Shown: positions 41,641 to 45,022 of the stretch, piece by piece
Numbering within the stretch: position 1 is the stretch's first letter
Layout of the letters: each line of letters opens with the position of its first letter
From: Chthoniobacterales bacterium
Lineage (GTDB): Bacteria > Verrucomicrobiota > Verrucomicrobiia > Chthoniobacterales > JAFAMB01
Length of the DNA: 45,022 nucleotides
NCBI GenBank assembly: GCA_035710445.1
Contig: DASTDH010000409.1
Span: 1 to 45,022 of the forward strand
Reading direction: 5' to 3'
The notes under the pieces: model-generated
Told to the model about the DNA's origin: nothing
Databases searched by the model: none
The model's input: the letters and a program-made list of their open reading frames with translations, nothing else
Program-made: the position numbers and the translations under genes

Positions 41641-41732
41641 ATGCGCCGACCGCAACGTGTAATGCGGCGGGCGGATCACGTTTCTCCCACTCCGGTAGGT
41701 TTTTGTCTTTGCGATCTTTGTGTTCTGTGTGG
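41601..41732 (+). repeat. imperfect inverted repeat of the TCTGCG/TTTGCGATCT motif family (R3) between the GntR and GguC-like genes
   Basis: Arm gcagaggtcgcagaggaaaag (41606-26) pairs with arm ttttgtctttgcgatctttgt (41701-21). There are 14 Watson-Crick pairs, 6 G-U-compatible pairs and 1 mismatch out of 21. Related motifs occur at 32040-32070 (minus) and 38945-38975. Confidence 0.5.
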
Positions 41733-41780
41733 CTATTTCCAATCTGTCCTGCTAGCTCCCAGCTTCTAAATTCTTCTCAC

Positions 41781-42779
41781 ATGAATCTCGTGCAATTTCT
41801 GGATGTTCACGGCACTCGGCGCGTTGGTACCCCGACCGGCGATCAATCAGCTCTTCGGATTTTGGATCGGTTCGCGTCAGTGTACGAGCTTGCCAACGAG
41901 GCAATTCACGCGCGGACCACGTTGGCAGGTCTAGCTGCCGCGCATCTGTCTGATCAAACGGAACCCTACGATCAAGTCATTCGTGAGCGCCGGGTCCTGG
42001 TGCCGTTTGATCATCCAGATCCCGCTCGCTGTTGGGTTTCTCTTACCGGTCTTACCCATTTTGGGAGCGCCAAATCGAGAGATGCAATGCACGCAAAACT
42101 CGCCGGCGATACCGACCAATTGAGTGATTCGATGAAGATGTTTCGGCTTGGGTACGAAGGCGGCAAACCACCAGCGGGCGAGATCGGTGCGCAGCCGGAA
42201 TGGGCTTTCAAAGGAGATGGGCAATGCGTTGTGAATCCGGAGCAACCGATCGCCTCGCCCGCCTTCGCCCATGATGGCGGTGAAGAAGCAGAATTGACCG
42301 GACTCTACTTGATCGACCCGGAAGGGATTCCGGTCCGGGTAGGATTTGCGATCGGGAATGAGTTCGCCGATCACGCTTTGGAACGGCAAAACTATCTTTA
42401 TCTGGCACACTCCAAATTGCGTGTCTGCTCCTACGGTCCCGAATTGTACCTAGGCGAACTGCCGCTAAGTTTGATCGGAACGGTGCGCATCCGGCGGCAC
42501 CACAGAGAAGTTTGGAGCGGCACGATGTTCACCGGTGAAGAACATATGTGCCATTCAATCGCAAACCTGGAGCATCATCATTTCAAATATCCCATGTTTC
42601 GCCGACCCGGCGACGTCCATGTCCATTTCTTCGGTGCCAGCATATTGAGTTGCCAGGAAGGCTTTCAGACGGAGCCTGGTGACATCGTTGAGATTGAGTG
42701 CCAACCTTTTGGAAGACCGTTGCGGAATCCGCTACTTTGGTCCGAGACCGAGGGCACGATTTGCGTTCGCACCCTTTAA
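41781..42779 (+). CDS. FAH-fold GguC/AraD1-like protein (sugar-acid pathway accessory enzyme; function inferred)
   Basis: ATG at 41781, 332 aa. The overall pattern (MNLVQFLD..G.RRVG...LTGLTH.GSA..RD.MH...PEWAFKG.G...V.....I..P.FA.DGGEE.E...Y.I...G.P.R.GF..GNEF.DH..E..NYLYLAHSKLR) matches what I recall for GguC/AraD1-family proteins next to sugar ABC operons. Confidence 0.5.
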   Translation: MNLVQFLDVHGTRRVGTPTGDQSALRILDRFASVYELANEAIHARTTLAGLAAAHLSDQTEPYDQVIRERRVLVPFDHPDPARCWVSLTGLTHFGSAKSRDAMHAKLAGDTDQLSDSMKMFRLGYEGGKPPAGEIGAQPEWAFKGDGQCVVNPEQPIASPAFAHDGGEEAELTGLYLIDPEGIPVRVGFAIGNEFADHALERQNYLYLAHSKLRVCSYGPELYLGELPLSLIGTVRIRRHHREVWSGTMFTGEEHMCHSIANLEHHHFKYPMFRRPGDVHVHFFGASILSCQEGFQTEPGDIVEIECQPFGRPLRNPLLWSETEGTICVRTL

Positions 42780-42900
42780 CCAACGAACGTCAGTGAATGT
42801 CCGTTTCGGATTTAGCACGGACTGCTAACGCCATGAACACCACCGGATTGCGAAGACAGGAGCAGGCGTTCGCTGACGTTCGCTTTTTTGCGCCCTCCTG

Positions 42901-43224
42901 TTATTGTCGCTGGACGCGCTCGCCTTCGAAGGGATACCCACCGTCTTCCCAATCCGCTATCCCGCCGGGATAGTGCCATACGTTCTGAAAACCGCGTTCG
43001 ACAAATTGTTGATAGACCAGAACACTGGCGGTGCAACCGGGATTCGAGCAATAAACGATCACCTCCTCCTTCGGATGAAGCGTTTCCAGGATATGCCTCT
43101 CGAAGCGGATCGAACCGGGAATGCGTTTCTCTCGAAACATCCACTCGTCCAAACAATTGACCAGCTTGAATTCCCCTCTCTGGTCGAGCTTCTTTTTTAG
43201 CTCCTCGCGCGTAATTCTATTCAT
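42901..43224 (-). CDS. rhodanese-like domain protein
   Basis: 107 aa. The active-site loop is VIVYCSNPGCTAS, and the sequence has RIPGSI and GG...W features of single-domain rhodaneses. Confidence 0.8.
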   Translation of the reverse strand: MNRITREELKKKLDQRGEFKLVNCLDEWMFREKRIPGSIRFERHILETLHPKEEVIVYCSNPGCTASVLVYQQFVERGFQNVWHYPGGIADWEDGGYPFEGERVQRQ

Positions 43225-43339
43225 AAGACCAGTCTGTGAAGGTAAAATCTCGCGCCTTTTCGCTGGATCACAACGAAAAGCTCACCAAAGTAAAGTTTTC
43301 GCGTCGGACCCCAGGAATTCACACGGAGGTGTATAGAGC

Positions 43340-43798
43340 ATGTCTGGAGCCTCAATTCCGCGAGCGGTCGAGCTCGTTGCAATACTGTTGATCCCGAGAA
43401 AAGCGGCCAGTCCGGATCAACTGAGAAAGCGCATTACCCACCAGGGCGGCGTGGTAAGCGGTTCCCGATTGAGCGGCCAGGTGAAGCGCGCGTTTATCAG
43501 AGGCCAGCCGGGCAAAGAAGCTCTTTTCTCGATTACTGCACGGGTGCGTATTCTCACCGATGACGGTGCAGACATCTTGATGGTCGATCGCGGTGAGTGG
43601 CGCGGATCCAGGGACGCCTTCGCCCGCTTGATGGCCAATCAATTGGTAGCGCCGACCGAGCTTTACATGGTGGGAGTGGTGACTTTTGCAACCTTGGATA
43701 CCCGATACGCCTGGCTAAATGAACGCGAATTTCTCAGTCACGCCGTGGGTGAAGGCGACCGCCTGAAAATCTCGGTCTATGAGTCGTCCTCGCCTTAG
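43340..43798 (+). CDS. DUF3237-like (UPF0311) protein
   Basis: The sequences GGVVSGSRLSGQV...ARVRILTDDGADILM...YMVGVVTFATLDTRYAWLNEREF resemble the DUF3237 signature (GG.f.G..L.G.V ... ARY.L.TdDGA.I ... FET....Y.WLN). The assignment is from memory. Confidence 0.5.
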   Translation: MSGASIPRAVELVAILLIPRKAASPDQLRKRITHQGGVVSGSRLSGQVKRAFIRGQPGKEALFSITARVRILTDDGADILMVDRGEWRGSRDAFARLMANQLVAPTELYMVGVVTFATLDTRYAWLNEREFLSHAVGEGDRLKISVYESSSP

Positions 43799-43869
43799 CG
43801 AGAATGATTGCCAACGTCGGACGAGTCGGCATCCCCTATCGTTTGATTCTACCCGCCGTCTCCGATTCG

Positions 43870-44535
43870 CTATTGGCGGCCGAGCCATCCGTCCTTGAGC
43901 CGAATGATCCTTTGGTCGTAACCGGCGTTCGTTTCCGAATGTGTCACCTGGACGATAGTGGTGCCGAGCGCATTGAGCTTACAAAACAATTCCATGATTT
44001 CTTTCGCCTGATCGGAATGCAGATTGCCGGTCGGCTCGTCCGCCAAAAAGAGTTCAGGTTTCGCTACCGTCGCTCGCACCACGGCGACAAGTTGCTGTTG
44101 GCCACCGGAGAGTTGAGCAGGAAAGAGATCGCGTTTTCCGACGATGTTGAATCTATCTAACGCATCACAGACAATTGCTTCTCGTTCCTTTTTCGGAACG
44201 TCAGGATAGGCCAGGGGCAGCTCGATGTCTTCATACACCGTGAGATCGTCGAGCAGATGATAGGACTGAAACACAAATCCAGTATGTTTCTTCTGCAATG
44301 CCAGACGTTCTTTGGGCCGTAACTTATGTACCGCATGACCCAGCAAATGATATTCCCCTTCCCAATTTGCATCATGTAATCCGAGAATATGCAAGAGAGT
44401 CGATTTACCGGCTCCGGAGGGACCCATGATCGAAACGAATTCGCCCTCCGCTATCGTAAAGGTGATCTGCTGGAGGACGTAGTAAAGACCGCCTTTCAGT
44501 TTGTAACACTTTTCAATGTTTTTGAGTGTGATCAT
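43870..44535 (-). CDS. ABC transporter ATP-binding protein (LolD/MacB-NBD/FtsE-like)
   Basis: It has Walker [11 protein letters not shown]-loop, signature LSGGQQQ, Walker [12 protein letters not shown] and H-loop VTH. Length is 221 aa. No cognate FtsX-type permease is present in the window. Confidence 0.88.
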   Translation of the reverse strand: MITLKNIEKCYKLKGGLYYVLQQITFTIAEGEFVSIMGPSGAGKSTLLHILGLHDANWEGEYHLLGHAVHKLRPKERLALQKKHTGFVFQSYHLLDDLTVYEDIELPLAYPDVPKKEREAIVCDALDRFNIVGKRDLFPAQLSGGQQQLVAVVRATVAKPELFLADEPTGNLHSDQAKEIMELFCKLNALGTTIVQVTHSETNAGYDQRIIRLKDGWLGRQ

Positions 44536-44547
44536 GGAGGAATTGCT

Positions 44548-44568
44548 GGTTACAGGTAACGGGTTACA
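44548..44568 (+). repeat. heptad repeat H7: GGTTACA GGTAACG GGTTACA
   Basis: Three units with a 7-nt period lie 13 nt upstream of the minus-strand ABC ATPase start. It is weaker than H1-H6 and is not anchored on an annotated stop. Confidence 0.45.
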
Positions 44569-44750
44569 GCTTGCGAGTTTGATAGCTCACCGTTTTCGTC
44601 GTCGTCCTCGTACTCGTTGTCGTCCTCGTGCTCGACCTTAGATGTTGTCAGTTGCGGGTTGCACGTTCCTCTTTCTCGCACTTCCGGGCCGCGTCCTCAC
44701 ATTCCCAGACTACCGCGGACAAGCTGTCGGTGTTTTCGCACTCGGTACGC

Positions 44751-44780
44751 GGCGGTAGGGCGGTCCGTCCAGGACCGGCC
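44751..44780 (+). repeat. repeat family R1, copy e
   Basis: The sequence ggcggtagggcggtccgtccaggaccggcc matches the R1 core with two substitutions. Confidence 0.65.
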
Positions 44781-45022
44781 GCATGCGTTCGAAGTCCGTG
44801 CCTTCCGTGTTCCATTTCCTCATTCTCTTAATGCTGTCGTCGGATTAACTCTTGTGGCTCGGATTGCCGGTAACAAGCAAGCTAGTGCATCGTTTCATTG
44901 ATTTCCAAAGCGGATATTTGATAAGTTAAGTGGGTGTCAACAACGAGGTTGAAATTGGCGCCGCATGAGCGGCGGGAACTGAAAAGAATGGCGGCTTCGC
45001 GAACGATGAAGGCCGGAGAAGT

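Noticed and set aside
42850-42900. Possible bidirectional terminator between the GguC-like and rhodanese genes (T6 run at 42885-42890)
   Set aside because: I could only find short (5-6 bp), widely spaced complementary segments before the T-run. That is not enough for a confident intrinsic terminator call.
44550-44901. Acidic 43-codon micro-ORF on the minus strand (…VEHEDDNEYEDDDENGE…) and the plus-strand 94-aa ORF 44617..44901 upstream of the ABC ATPase
   Set aside because: The micro-ORF has only a GTG start and no ribosome-binding site. The opposite strand of the same GAC/GAG-rich run is also open, and the plus ORF runs through an R1 repeat. None can be supported without comparative or expression data.
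1-45022. tRNA, rRNA, tmRNA, riboswitch or prophage/defence-island content
   Set aside because: I found no cloverleaf-like segments, rRNA-like conserved blocks, or recognisable riboswitch cores. There are no phage, integrase, restriction-modification or toxin-antitoxin genes. Absence is judged by eye only; tRNAscan-SE and Infernal would be decisive.

Overview
This is a 45 kb chromosomal segment from a moderately GC-rich heterotrophic bacterium. The gene content and GC-rich hairpin repeats resemble soil Verrucomicrobia/Acidobacteria/Planctomycetes-type genomes, but that placement is inference only. I support about 42 protein-coding genes.

Carbohydrate use dominates:
- A LacI regulator next to a secreted LamG-GH51 alpha-L-arabinofuranosidase.
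- A GH1 beta-glucosidase tightly coupled to an aldo/keto reductase (AKR).
- A long minus-strand operon (40209 to 30593) encoding a CUT2-type sugar ABC importer whose ATPase is fused to a permease, plus a Weimberg-type oxidative pentose pathway: IlvD/Edd pentonate dehydratase, FAH-fold XylX/KdaD-like dehydratase and alpha-ketoglutarate-semialdehyde dehydrogenase.
- Flanking that operon, a GntR/FadR regulator and a GguC/AraD1-like gene.

The rest is housekeeping or accessory:
- Three LysR regulators, one AraC regulator and an orphan CheY-like receiver.
- A DHA2 MFS exporter, four AKRs (one with a Tat signal), a quinone oxidoreductase and a 7-bladed lactonase-like propeller.
- A ferritin-like protein, an M15 peptidase, an LpxR-like outer-membrane protein, a rhodanese and a DUF3237-like protein.
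- A Tm-1-like UPF0261/PEP-hydrolase gene pair with a cupin.

I recognised no rRNA, tRNA, CRISPR, transposase, integrase or phage genes.

The most unusual signals are small or non-coding:
1. Strict 7-nt periodic arrays of stop triplets (GTGA/GTAA or TAG units) start at, and stay in register with, the genuine stop codons of several genes. They place stops in all three frames.
2. Two paralogous small secreted peptide genes share a C-terminal RSPGF...FGS tail that is conserved through synonymous-only codon changes.
3. ATTCG(Y)G motif clusters and a shared AACGTTCTCG operator core link the arabinofuranosidase promoter to the pentose operon.
4. The spacers inside the operon are long and structured.
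5. At least three dispersed intergenic repeat families are present.
6. Two genes (YeiH-like and GNAT) are split by +/-1 frameshifts at A-runs.

Start codons are my best reading and may be off by a few codons. All family assignments come from motif recognition, not searches.
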